This document shows positions 1 through 11,814 of a DNA stretch of 64,000 nt, piece after piece. Source of the stretch: Squalus acanthias (taxonomy: Eukaryota). Within the stretch, counting starts at the first letter, position 1, and the number at the start of each line of letters is the position of its first letter. Both the position numbers and the translations under genes were made by a program. The DNA is taken from contig CM059432.1 in NCBI GenBank assembly GCA_030390025.1, positions 6,882,001 through 6,946,000 on the forward strand, written 5' to 3'. The notes beneath the pieces are model-generated. The model made no database searches and had not been told where the DNA came from. It worked only from the letters and a program-made list of their open reading frames with translations.

Positions 1-163
1 GGATCCCGTATGCTTTTTTAACCGCTTTCTCAACCTGCCCTGCCACCTTCAACGATTTGTGCACATACACCCCCAGCCAGGTCTCTCTGTTCATGCACTC
101 ACTTTAGAATTGTACCCTTTAGTTTATATTGCCTCTCCTCGTTCTTCCTACCAAAATGTATCA
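1..163 (-). mobile_element. CR1 LINE ORF2 fragment, cut by the window edge
   Basis: The reverse complement resembles the HFGR..N...DLGV.VH..LKVAGQV-coding region of other CR1 copies here (e.g. 34640-34790). Confidence 0.7.
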
Positions 164-489
164 AATGTATGTTTATTGTGAAACAGCTCTCACTGTATTG
201 CCTCTGAGATCTACCCAAGTCTGTGGGATAGCATTCTGTTGATTGCAGAAAACAGCTGGACCTGATGCCGTGTTGTATATTCTATACGTCCTGCCGCATC
301 TTCTATTAGTCCGAGAGATGAGCTTGGTATACTCCATTTCCTCTGGACGTGTACATAGCTGCACCTTTGTAGTGGCGCTATAGAATTTTGGAGCTAAACT
401 GAAGCAGCCCAATTGTGTACGGCCACTCCAATGGACCAACAGAACTTGGGCAATTTTTAATGCGTCTCACTTGTTAACAAAGCATTAAA

Positions 490-686
490 GGCCCAGAAAT
501 TCATCTCGGGCGGTGTCGCAAAACGGGCGGTATCGGATCGGATCGGCCGCCCGTTTTACGCAGCGCCTGGCATTCCGTTCCATTGACTGCAATGGACTGA
601 CTGTCCAGCACTGCGTATAACGGGCGGCCGATCCGATCCGATACCACCCGCTTTGCGCCACCGCCCCAGAAACGAATTTCTAGCCC
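490..686. mobile_element. Palindromic MITE (Harbinger-like termini)
   Basis: Arms ggcccagaaattc...ggtatcggatcggatcggccgcccgtt...acgcag and their near reverse complement, centred on ccattgactgcaatgg. Confidence 0.75.
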
Positions 687-1447
687 TGAAAAGTTTACGT
701 GTTCCACAGTGAAATGGTTAAACAGTGTAGTCCCTAACACATTCAGTTTTGGTGCAGTGTAACAGATATCTGGAATTATTCAGGCAATTGCAGAGTATGT
801 TAGGAATTTCCCTTACTTATTGCTTCTCTCTGATTTCATGAACAACAATGTGCGACACATAACTGACTCTGATTTTAGATGATGGCATCGGGCGTTGAGC
901 TCATTTCCTGAATAATTAAATGCGTGGTCGAAAAGAAAAATCGTTTTCCTATTTCTAAATATTCGCTAATAGTTGGGTTTAAAATAATGAATAACAGGAA
1001 TTAGATGATTGGGGTTATCAAATTGCATTCACAATATTGCGCAGTTGTACTATGCGTAAGCTGCAGTTCAGCTCAGACTATTTGATTCGAAATGTAATCT
1101 ATTGTACTTATTCTTTACTAACTTTTAGTTGTTTATAATGCTTTAGCTTGTGAAGTTACCCACTTTCTCTCTCTCTTCTTGCCATTACTCTAATTGCATT
1201 AACAGAAGGTGCAAAAATATATATTTTCTTAACATTTGCAGCTTTTTAGAAGTGTACCATTGTCTTCTTTTCCTCCTCTACGCCCCGGGCAATTAGCCAA
1301 CCTGGTCGTGTCCCTGTCCTTACCACCAGCGAAAAAGTAGGCTGTATGCATTTGTTCCAAATGCCGCAGAAGTTAAGATACCTTACTTTTGAAGCTGATT
1401 TTTTTTATATACATAAATGTTCAACTGCTAATGAGAATTATCTTTAA

Positions 1448-1665
1448 TCATAGAATGACACAGCACAGAAGAAGGCTTTTCAGCCCATCATGTCTGTGCC
1501 GGCTCTTTGGTAGAGCTATCCAATTAGTCCCACTCCCCTGCTCTTTCCCATAGCCCTGCAGTGTTTTCCCCCTTCATGTGTTTATCCCTTTTGAAAGTTA
1601 ATATTAAATCTGCTTCCATCACCCTTTCAGGCAGTGAGATCCAGATCAGAACAACTCGCTGCGTA
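1448..1665 (-). mobile_element. CR1 3' end fragment
   Basis: Reverse complement of the CR1 tail (gatgggc.gaa.gcct.cttctgtgctg...attcta) seen at 8400-8650. Confidence 0.75.
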
Positions 1666-2325
1666 AAATAATATTCCCCTCATCTCCCCTCTGTGGGTGG
1701 GGTGGGTCCGAGTGGCAGCAACCCAGTTTGTGTTTGCACTCCTGCTCCTCCGGGGCGCCCACAAAAATGAGTTGACACTTACCTTTAGCGTGTCTCTCTG
1801 CTTCCATCGCCCGTGGAAGTGGCCGCTGCTCAGGCTTCGACCTGCTCTGACCTAAAATGACAATCGTCCGAGGGGCCTATCGCCTGAAATGGGCGGGTGC
1901 TTTGAACACTTTCAGAATGGAGCCGGGTGCATCGCCAGTCTTAACCGGGCGGTAAGGATACTGACCACATTTTGAGGTCGTTGACGCCAGGCGAAGGCAG
2001 TCAAAATCCACCCCAGTTAAGTTTTTTTTGCAAAATAAATTAAATTAACAGATAATTTTAACTTTAAAACTTTGAATTGACAGAAGTAGACTGTGTAACA
2101 GGAGCCAAAGGATTTCTGGTTGCAGTTGCTTTGATTATAGCTTTAGAAGTTAATGAAAGGAATTATGAAGTAAGAAAAAGCACCACAGAAAATGCTGAGC
2201 AATGAAGTCCTGGATACGGTAACTAACTAAACTATATCTTTTTGCCAGTGTTATTTTATTTTCTCACCCACAGCGCTAACCCTGCGGCTTAATGAATAAT
2301 CAAAAAATTGACCCATTGTGTCCTT

Positions 2326-2937
2326 TTATATCTAGAGGACTAGAATACAAGGGGGTAGAAGTCATGCTTCAGCTATACAAAGCCCTGGTTAGACCACACC
2401 TGGAGCACTGTGAGCAGTTCTGGGCATCACACCTTAGGAAGGTTATATTGGCCTTGGAGGGAGTGCAGCGTAGATTTACCGGAATGATACCCGGACTCCA
2501 AGGGTTAAATTACAAGAAGAGATTACACAAATTAGGGTTGTACTCCCTAGAATTTAGAAGGTTAAGGGGTGATTTGATCGAAGTTTTCAAGGTATTAAAG
2601 GGAACAGATAGGGTGGATAGAGAGAAACTATTTCCACTGGTTGGGGATTCTAGGACTAGGGGGCACAGTCTGAAAATTAGAGCCAGACCTTTCAGGAGTG
2701 AAATTAGGAAACACTTCTACACACAGGGTGGTAGAAGTTTGGAACTCTCTTCCGCAAACGGCAATCAATGCTAGATCAATTGTTAATTTTAAAGCTGAGA
2801 TTGATAGCTTTCTGTTAACCAAAGGCATTAAGGGATATGGGCAAAGGCAGGTATATGGAGTTAGGTCGCAGATCAGCCATGATTGAATGGCGGAACAGGC
2901 AAGAGGGGCTAAGTGGCCTACTCCTGTTCCTATGTTC
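2326..2937 (+). mobile_element. 5'-truncated CR1 LINE (ORF2 C-terminus plus 3' UTR)
   Basis: LYKALVRPHLEHCEQFW...LGLYSLEFRRLRGDLIEVFK...RTRGH, a frameshift near 2725, and the tail ggcctactcctgttcctatgtt. Confidence 0.92.
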
Positions 2938-4899
2938 CGACCCCCTACATCAGAAACAATCCCAAACCATAAGCTACTACAATTCTAACAACATAGAATA
3001 TAATGCTAAATATAACTACTGTAATGCTTTTTAAAGGAAAACTAAGGGGAGGGAGAATGTAAGGGAGGCTTAATGGGTGGCTTAATTTTTTTTAGTAGAG
3101 TACAACAGTTAATAGCTAGTCCCTATAAAGGCCTTTCAATATAATGGCATTTCCTGAAACTTCACACGGCACTGTGCTGTACATGTTAGTTTATTGCTTT
3201 ATATATAGGCTGTGCAGGTCCACAAAAATAGATAGTTTGTTCAAATAAATTATGGAGTGTGATAAAACGAGTGTAATTTGTACTATTAGGAAATATTTAT
3301 GGAGAAAGCGTTACAAATTCAGTGCTCGGTAACAAGCAAACTATTGACTAAAACTTTGTCCAACATTAATGGTTATACAGCATGTAGTAAGTGATTTACT
3401 GTGACCATTAGTGTTTTTATAATGCTTGCACTCAATACAGTTTAAAAAAAAACCACACAGTATGTGTTTCCCATTTTTCACTCACTTCTTTGAAAGCAGT
3501 AAAAAAATTTGCGCGCATAATAATGTAAATGTTTTCAAACAGGGCTGGTTGCATGTTGTGCTTCTCCTTTTCAGCTTCTAAATTTTCTTTTTACTAGGAG
3601 TGGTTACAGCAAACTCAATTCTCTCTACATTTTCAACTATCTTGTTTGCTTTATTAAAACATTAAACTGGAGCCTGTTTTTTTTCTTAATTTCAGGAGTA
3701 CTTGTTAAAATAATGCATTGAAAAGAATTAGAAAACAGTGCAGTTTTGTTTTTAAATAAATCACACATCAGAATTGCTGGTTTATGGTTTTTTCAGGATG
3801 GTGACCTGTACATTGATGACATAGCTAAGAACTGATCGAGAAAGACGGCAGTGGTCCAAAAGCCTTGAAGACCCAATTATTCGTTCAAACATGTACCATA
3901 ATGTTCTGCATAGAGCTAAGATAATGCAGATTACTTTGGTAAATTTTTGTTTCTGTCTTTATCTTCTTAAATGCTTGCTTTTAAACCATTGCCATCTTTT
4001 GAACATCCAGAAATAATTGAAGGAAAGTGCAGTTTGGTGAACTGTTGGGTTGTTGAGAACCTACAAAAGTCCCTCGAAGTAGACAGGTTGCTGTCGTTCA
4101 AGTCTTTTACAGTGGAGTTGTAAAATCTGCAGCATTGTAACTTGCTACAATTTACAGTTTAAAGTAATCAGTAATCTTCCCCATTTCAAACCACTTGTTA
4201 CTCACGATTATTAAATTCTGATGGAAGTTGATAGACAACCTGCTTAGAAATCATTCTGATGCATGGTTCTGTAATATTTTGTGACTGATCAAGGGACATT
4301 GGTTCGATACCATCGTACAACGAAGCAATTGAGATTTATTTGAACCTTTAACTGTTGGGGCGGGGGTGGGGGTGAAACCATGTGATGCAATAAGTTAGAA
4401 CTGTCCTGAGGATAAAACTCTCCTTTTCCTGTCAGCTCTTGAGTGTCCAGAATGAAACTATTTTGGCAGGCATCAACCTAGTTCCTGGAAATGGGTGTGG
4501 GTCCACAACACAAAACTGCCAACAATTCTGCATAACGTTGGCAGCGTGCCTCCGAAACGGCACAAGGATAATTGGTGTCGGAAATGGAAAACATTAAACC
4601 GTTACAATAGCGATGATGATTTTTAGATTGTTGAGATATGGAGAGGTTAAGCAAAAGGATTGAAGACATGAACAAAGTCTTTTTTTAATAGTAAAGTGTG
4701 TCAATAATGTGGATCCTGCAAAACCTGGTACAGGAGAACCAAGGGATTAAGCAAAAGAAAATGTGAGTTAAAGTTGAGGATTAACTTGATCGTTTGAAAT
4801 AGAGGCTTATGAAATATACTGCTGTCTAATGTGGTAAAGAATTTAGTTGAAGAATTTAAAAGAAAATTGAATCAATATTTGGCTCTCCAGAGCAACTCT

Positions 4900-5300
4900 G
4901 CCAATGGCTTCTCTTCTCAACAGCAGACCATCAACTGGGAAATCTCCCAAGGAGATCTTTGGCCCTCTCCTCTTCCTCATTTACATACTACCCCTTGGCA
5001 TCACCTGCAGACATTGGGTCAGATTCCACCTGCATGCTGGTGACACCCAGCTCTATCTCTCCACAACCTCTCTCGATTCCTCCACTACCTCTGTGTCTGG
5101 CATCCAGTCTTGGATGAGGCGCGTTTTCATCGATCTAAACATTGGGAATATTGAAACCCTAGTCTTCAGTCCCCGCCACAAGCTCCATACATGTGCCACA
5201 GATGCAAGGACCTTGCCCAGCAATTGTCTTGGGCTAAATCAGACTGTTTGCAACTTCAACATCCTAGTTGGCTTTGAGCTGTGTTTTCAACTTCTATCAT
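4900..5300 (+). mobile_element. L2-clade LINE RT fragment
   Basis: GPLLFLIYILPLG...FHLHAGDTQLYLS, a degenerate YADDTQLY motif. Confidence 0.8.
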
Positions 5301-5304
5301 AACA

Positions 5305-5675
5305 CTTGCCTTACCTAAGGAAGGATATACTTGCCTTAGAGATGGTGCATCGAAGATTCACTAATTGATTCCTGGGATGAGAGGGTTGTCCGATGAGGAG
5401 AGATTGCGTAGAAAAGGCCTATATTCTCTGGAGTTTAGAAGAATGAGAGGTGATCTCATTGAAACATATAAAATTCTTAGTGGGCTTCACAGGGCTGATG
5501 CTGAGAGGCTATTTCCCATGGCTGGAGAGTCTAGAACTAGGAGTCATAGTCTCAGGATAAGGGGTCAGCCATTTAAGACTGAGATGAGGAGGAATTTCTT
5601 CACTCAGAGGGTTGTAAATCTTTGGAATTCTCTGCCCCAGAAGGCTGTGAATGCTGAGTCTTTGATTATATTCAA
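5305..5675 (+). mobile_element. CR1 LINE fragment
   Basis: ORF 5365..5682, GLYSLEFRRMRGDLIETYK...RNFFTQRVVNLWNSLP. Confidence 0.9.
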
Positions 5676-6000
5676 GTCTTAAATGGCCGACCCCTTATCC
5701 TGAGACTATGCCCCCTAGTTCTAGACACTCCAGCCAGGGGAAACAACCTCTCAGCATCTACCCTGTCAATCCCCTTCAGAATCTTGTATGGTTTCAATGA
5801 GATCACCTCTCATTCTTCTAAACTCCAGAGAGTATAGGCCCATTCTACACAATCTCTCATCATCGGACAGCCCTCTCATCCCAGGAATCAATCTAGTGAA
5901 CCTTCGTTGCACCTCCTTCAAGGCAAGTATATCCTTCCTTAGATAAGGAGACCAAAACTGTGCACAGTACTTCAGGTATGGTCTCACCAAGGCCCTGTAC
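5676..6000 (-). mobile_element. CR1 LINE fragment, inverted relative to 5305-5675
   Basis: ORF 5766..5990, VRPYLKYCAQFWSPYLRKD...RRMRGDLIET. Confidence 0.9.
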
Positions 6001-6321
6001 TTAAATTTGGTTTTGATCAGAGAAGTTCTTAAAAAAAAAAATTCAAGTACTTGGAATTCCAGCTCATTTAAAAATGGAACCTAAGGTTTGACCGTACTTA
6101 AAATCCAGTCCTCTAACCGTAAATATATAGGCCACAAACCACACTGGTTAAAGGACTTTTAAAGGTTGATAACCACTATTATCAGATCAGAGTATAGTGA
6201 AGTCATTACAGCCAGAATTGTCGATCTTGAATCATTTCACTGGTCTGATGCTTAATGACCAGGGATAGAATAAGAAGGTTGTGATCAGGTTTAAGAATAT
6301 TGGGGAAACATCATTGGTATT

Positions 6322-6419
6322 AAATAAAAACAGAAATACTCAGCAGGTCAGGCAGCATCTGTGGGGAGAGAGAGAGACAGACAAAATTAGCGTTTCAGGT
6401 CGATGACCTTTCATCAGAG
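6322..6419 (-). mobile_element. Penelope-like pseudo-LTR fragment with hammerhead core
   Basis: Homologous to 41280-41382. The minus strand reads CTGATGA-A-AGGTC-ATC-GACCT-GAAA-CG. Confidence 0.75.
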
Positions 6420-7074
6420 TTTGCCATGATCCAGGATGGCGAGAAAGTGGTATAACAGACATGGTAGGAAGTATTTGTAAATTTCATGAATAGTGCTCAG
6501 AATAGTATCTGAGGCAGTAAGTTTGTGAAAGAACATTTTGAAATTGTGTAAGATGATGTGGGGCAGTAATTAAGTCAGTGCTTTTGTTTTGAAGTGGTTT
6601 GGAGTTGAAATCTTTTTAATCGGCAACAGATTTGTGCCAGTTTGGGAGATTTATTTTCAGAATGTAGTAAGAATTATTGTTCATTTGAAAACACAATTTA
6701 ATTATTTTTTTTTACTTTCAACTTGACCGACGAGATTGTTCTTTATCACTGATATGTTCTTCTGGTGTGCGCTTTTTCCAGTGCAGTATCTCATTTCTTT
6801 CAGCAATCCTGTAATTAAACTGGAAACATAATCAGAATGGAAAAAACTGTCTTTGCTGTTACGAAAAAAATATCAATCATAGGAAATCAAAATTGTCCAT
6901 TTAAAGACACCTCTAAGCAGAATTCACTGTGTATGACCATGTGCAAGAAATGGTTTATTGAAGTTTGAGTCAGTCATCCCAAATTATTGAGAGAAACTGC
7001 AGCTTTGGTTTACGATCTAATATTGAATTCAACATACAATGACTTGCATCTACCATTGATGTGGAAGAACTTTT

Positions 7075-7463
7075 CATTTATATAGCGCCTTTCACGACCA
7101 CTGGACGTCCTAAAGTGCTTTACCGCCAATAAAGTACTTTTTGAAGTGTAGCCACTGTGATAATGACCTGATAATCTGTTTTTGTTATGTTGATTGAGGG
7201 ATAAATATTGGCCCAGGACACCAGGGATAACTCCCCTGCTCTTCTTCGAAATAGTGCCATAGGATCTTTTACGTTCACCTGAGAGAGCAGACCGGGCCTC
7301 GGTTTAACGTCTCATCTGAAAGACGGCACCTCCGACAGTGCAGCACTCCCTCAGCACTGCACTGGGAGTGTCGGCCTAGATTTTTGTGCTCTGGAGTGGG
7401 ACTTGAACCCACAACCTTCTGACTCAGAGACGAGGGTGCTGCCCACTGAGCCACAGCTGACAC
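7075..7463 (-). mobile_element. tRNA-derived SINE, family A (L2-type tail)
   Basis: Minus strand has A box TGGCTCAGTGG, B box GGTTCAAGTCC and tail aaaggcgctatataaatg. Many copies in the window. Confidence 0.88.
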
Positions 7464-8199
7464 TTTACAATAAGGGGGAGTAGGATGAGCCGTAAAAGAT
7501 GGGAAGGCATTGGAAGGAGGAGATGAGAACTGAAGGCACCGCTGAAGAGATGAGTTTTAAAGAAGAAGAAAAGAGAGGTAGAAAGACACATTGGTCTGGG
7601 AGAGCAACAGTCCCAGCAACATCTTTTAATAACTCTCTATTTATAAAATCATGCAAGATTGTTTAGAAATTCCTAAAGCAGAGTTTAGCTAACCCTCAGA
7701 ACTGGAGTGACAACATGGAATTCTGCATCTGTGTAACCCACATGAGAAGCAAACTTCACAGTCTTGATCTCCCGAGAGGCTGAACATTTTCAAAAGCACC
7801 AGATTTTATTTTTAAATTAAAATGTTTAGTATGGTGCGCAGCTGTGTGTGCGTTTCTAGTGCAGCTCGTTTATCCCGTAGAATCTAGGATTCCTTTGGTT
7901 TTGTTCGAAGAAGTAGCAGCGCTAAGCAATATAAATGCAGACCGAGCAGGAGAGTTGGATTAGACTAGGTGCCTCATATGGAGAAAAATGTTGGCGCAGA
8001 GTTGATGGGACCAGATGGCTTATTTCTGTGCCCTAACATTCTACGATTCTAAATTATTTCTGTAACCGTTCAATTGCCATAAAACATACAGAGAAATTTA
8101 CATTTTTTAGTGGCAGCTGAAGCGACTAAGTGGAATGGGCTTTTGGATTTTAATTTACGTGGAACTTAATAGAGTAATGCCTCTGTGGTAATTCTGTGA

Positions 8200-8652
8200 A
8201 TACTACCAGGGATGAGGGACTTCAGTTGTGTGGAGAGACTAGAGAAGCTGGGATTGTTCTCCTGAGAGCAGAGAAGGTTAAGGGGAGATTTAATAGAGGT
8301 GTTCAAAATCATGAAGGGTACTGATAAAGTAAATGAGGAGAAACTGTTTCCGCTAGCACGAGGAGATCGGTAGCCAGAGGACACAGATTTAAGGTCATTG
8401 GCAAAAGAACCAGAGGGCAGATGAAGGGAAAAAAAGTGAGCAGCGAGTTATGATCTGGAATGCGCTGCCTGAAAGGGCGGTGGAAGCTGATTCAATCGTA
8501 ACTTTCAAAAGGGAATCGGATAAATACTTGAAAAGGAGAAATTTGCAGGACTGTGGGGAAAGAGCAGAGGAGTGGGAACAATTGAATATTCTTTCAAAGA
8601 GCTGGCACAGGCACGATGGGCCGAATGGTCTCCTGTGCTGTATGATTCTGTT
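8200..8652 (+). mobile_element. CR1 LINE 3' fragment
   Basis: LGLFS..RRLRGDLIEVFK and IWNALPERAVEADS remnants, plus the CR1 tail. Confidence 0.85.
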
Positions 8653-9116
8653 ATAATGAAATGATAATCCACTTTGTGTAAAACAAACCAGCATACTATT
8701 CCAGTTCATTTTATCACCTGTAAGAAGTCGTAGAATATGTTACAAATTAACCACTAATCATAAAGTGCTTAATATCTTTCTGCACCAATTGATTTTTTTC
8801 TTACTCTTTTTTTAAAACCGTCTTCCAGTTCAGCTTCTGAACGTAGTCTGAAGATAATTGTTTTTGTTGCAAAATGTGTCGTCCTTTTTTAAAATTCGGT
8901 TCACCATCTGAAGCAGAGAAACCACAATTTTTGGATTGGAGAACAATATTTTTTAATCGTTGTTCAGAAGTTTCATGTTGGGCACCAAGTTACTGTACTT
9001 GGCCTCACTGTTTCCCTATTTCATCACACAATTAGTGAGAATTGATTAAGTTTGTGATATTGAAACTTTTTGTCATTGCAACCAGGTTTTAGCAATAAAA
9101 GCAAATCCACTTCATA

Positions 9117-10143
9117 CTAGTGGGGTACCGAAGGGATCGGTGCTAGGACCCCAGTTATTCACAATATATATTAATGATCTAGACGAGGGAACTAGATGCA
9201 ATATCTCCAAGTTTGCAGACGACACAAAGCTGGGTGGGCGTGTGTGCTGTGAGGAGGATGCAGAGAAACTCCAGTATGATTTGGACAGGTTGGGTGAGTG
9301 GGCAGATGCATAGCAGATGCAGTATAATGTGGATAAATGCGAGGTTATCCACTTTGGTGGCAAAAACAGGAAGGCAGATTGTTATCTGAACGGCAATAGA
9401 TTGGGAAAAAGGGAAGTGCAACGAGACCTGGGTGTCCTTGTGCACCAGTCGCTGAAGGTAAGCATGCAGGTGCAGCAGGCGGTTAAGAAGGCAAATGGTA
9501 TGTTGGCCTTCATAGCGAGAGGATTCGAGCACAGGAACAAGGATGTCTTGCTGCAGTTGTACAGGGCCTTGGTGAGACCACACCTTGAGTATTGTGTGCA
9601 GTTTTGGTCGCCTTATCTGAGGAAGGATGTTCTTGCCATGGAGGGAGTGCAGCGAAGATTCACCAGACTGATACCTGGGATGGCAGGAATGACGTATGAA
9701 GAGAGATTGGGTCGATTAGGCTTATATTCGCTAGAGTTTAGAAGAATGAGAGGGGATCTCATTGAAACTTATAAAATTCTAACAGGACTAGACAGACTAG
9801 ATGCAGGAAGGCTGTTCCCGATGGCGGGGGAGTCCAGAACCAGGGGTCACAGTCTAAGGATAAGGGGTAAGCCATTTAGGACTGAGATGAGGAGGAATTT
9901 CTTCACCCAGAGAGTGGTGAACCTGTGGAATTCTCTACCACACAAGGCAGTTGAGGCCAATTCATTAAATATATTCAAGAAGGAGTTAGATATATTTCTT
10001 AAGGCTAAAGGGATCAAGGGATATGGGGAGAAAGCAGGGACAGGGTACTAAATTTGGATGATCAGCCATGATCTCATTAAATGGCGGAGCAGGCTCGAGG
10101 GGCCGAATGGCCTACTCCTGCTCCTATCTTCTATGTTTCTATG
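9117..10143 (+). mobile_element. 5'-truncated CR1 LINE (RT core to 3' tail)
   Basis: [18 protein letters not shown], an in-frame TAG at 9311, then 244-aa ORF 9317..10051 and tail ttctatgtttctatg. Confidence 0.95.
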
Positions 10144-10175
10144 TGTTGGGAATGCAGGAACAGGAGTAGCTCCTC

Positions 10176-11062
10176 GAAATAAAAACAGAACATGCTGAAA
10201 ATACTCAGCAGGTCAAGCAGCATCTGTGGAGAGAGAAACAGAGTCAATGGCCCGTATTTTCCGTTGCCTACGGGTGGGTACGAGCTGTGTACACACCCAT
10301 AGGGACATTGGAAATGCCGGTTTCAGGTATGCCAAGCGCATGCGCTGAAAACCGGCATTTCCGATCTGTCAAGAATGCTCCTGACAGATCGGACGCCTGC
10401 CCTAAAGAAGGGCCTCTGCGGGCGGAGGGTCCCGCTTTCTGCAGAAACTCCGCCCGCTGAAAACCCTTAGAAATCTTACACCTGGTAAAAGCAGGCGTAA
10501 GGTCTGCTTTTACCAGCATAAGAGTTAAAAAAAAAAAAAAAGTTTTTTAAAAAAATATATTTTTTCACTCATTTATAAGTAAAAATACTTTTAAAAAAGG
10601 TAAGTTTATTTTTAGCCCCGTAAAAAAACTTTCATTATTTTTTTCAAAAAATGTAATTTTTGTTTAAAATATTTAATTTAATGTAATTTTAACTCATTTA
10701 AAAAATGTGATGGTTTTTTAAAAATTGATTTAATGTTGTAGTGTCTTTTTGGGGTGATCTCCATTCATATATTTGACAGGTCTATCTGTCAAAAGTATGA
10801 AGGGAGATTCCCTTCTCCTATTGGCTGGCCTGGCCCACGTGATCCCAGGGACGTTTGTGAACCGCCTGCGCCCCTGGGATACGTGGGCCCTGCGCATTTC
10901 GACTGTGGAGAGGCCCAGCATCGGAAGTGTCCGGACTTCGGGAGCCCTCTGGTAAGTTCGTAGATTTTTTTTCCGAGAGGAGGCATCGCACGCAGGAAGC
11001 CTCCTATCGGAAATTATGGGCCAACGTTTCCGGTCGATGAACTTTCGGCAGAACTGGAAGAA
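10176..11062 (-). mobile_element. Penelope-like pseudo-LTR fragment split by a MITE
   Basis: 10176-10248 and 11023-11062 rejoin into a sequence homologous to 41280-41390. Confidence 0.75.
10249..11022. mobile_element. PIF/Harbinger-type MITE (774 bp)
   Basis: TIRs ggcccgtattttccg / cggaaattatgggcc with flanks aat/aac (a degenerate 3-bp TSD). GC-rich arms and AT-rich core. Shares gcgcatgcgctgaaaaccggc and cacgtgatccca with 13544-14287. Confidence 0.8.
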
Positions 11063-11324
11063 AGTAGCTCCTCGAGCCTGGTGCACCATTCAATCAGATC
11101 ATGGCTGATCTGTATCTTAACTCTGTTATATGCTGATTGTTGAAGTCTCAGTTTATTCTTGACTTCACCATCACAACTGTGTGTAAATCTCTTCATAAGT
11201 AACTCTTGTTACCATCTGAACCTTATGTAGATGCCAGAATTTGACAATATCTAATTCATTGCTGAAAGTATATGTGAACAATTTTAGATCCACGAATTCA
11301 ATACATACAATGTATACAATATCT

Positions 11325-11548
11325 AATGTCCTTTAGGGAAGGAAATCTGCTGGCCTTACCTGGCCTGGCCTATATGTGACTCCAGACCCACAGCAATGTG
11401 GATGACTCTTACCTGCCCTCTTAACTGCCTAGTAAGCCACTCAGTTGTATAAGGTGGCTCACCACCACCTTCTCAAGGGCAATTAGGGATGGGCAATAAA
11501 TGCTGGCCTTGCCAGCGATGCCCAGATCCCGTGAATGAATAAAATAAA
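11325..11548 (+). mobile_element. SINE family B, 3' part
   Basis: agggaaggaaatctgc...gggcaattagggatgggcaataaatgctggc...gaatgaataaaa, the reverse complement of 24042-24280. Confidence 0.75.
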
Positions 11549-11644
11549 GTAATTCTAATTTTGGTGTTGATTATTTTCTCCCTTGGCAGGATTGTCACCA
11601 TTGCATATCATTCTCCGACATGCAGGGTAGGGGAGTCTGGTCTA

Positions 11645-11808
11645 AACCGTGAAACTTTGCACGGGTTCTTCCGATTTCCCACCGTGACTGTGGCTGCTTT
11701 CAGCGGGAGCCCTTGACAAGCGGCGTAAGTGGCCCTTTACGCTGTCATTCCCGTGATTCCCGCTTAAGTTACTGTGGAAGATTGGGGAAACCCTCGTGGA
11801 AATTCGGA
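11645..11808. mobile_element. Old palindromic MITE
   Basis: Imperfect inverted arms cacgggttcttccgatttcccaccgtgact / agttactgtggaagattggggaaaccctcgtgg. Related to 23601-23670 and 24440-24541. Confidence 0.55.
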
Positions 11809-11814
11809 TTAGCT

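Noticed and set aside
7395..7463. tRNA gene suggested by A and B boxes
   Set aside because: It is a SINE head: it continues into the SINE body, is multi-copy, and forms no complete cloverleaf.
9317..10051. 244-aa ORF (and 26204..26878) as host genes or active retrotransposons
   Set aside because: These are C-terminal parts of 5'-truncated CR1 ORF2 with upstream in-frame stops and no endonuclease or ORF1.
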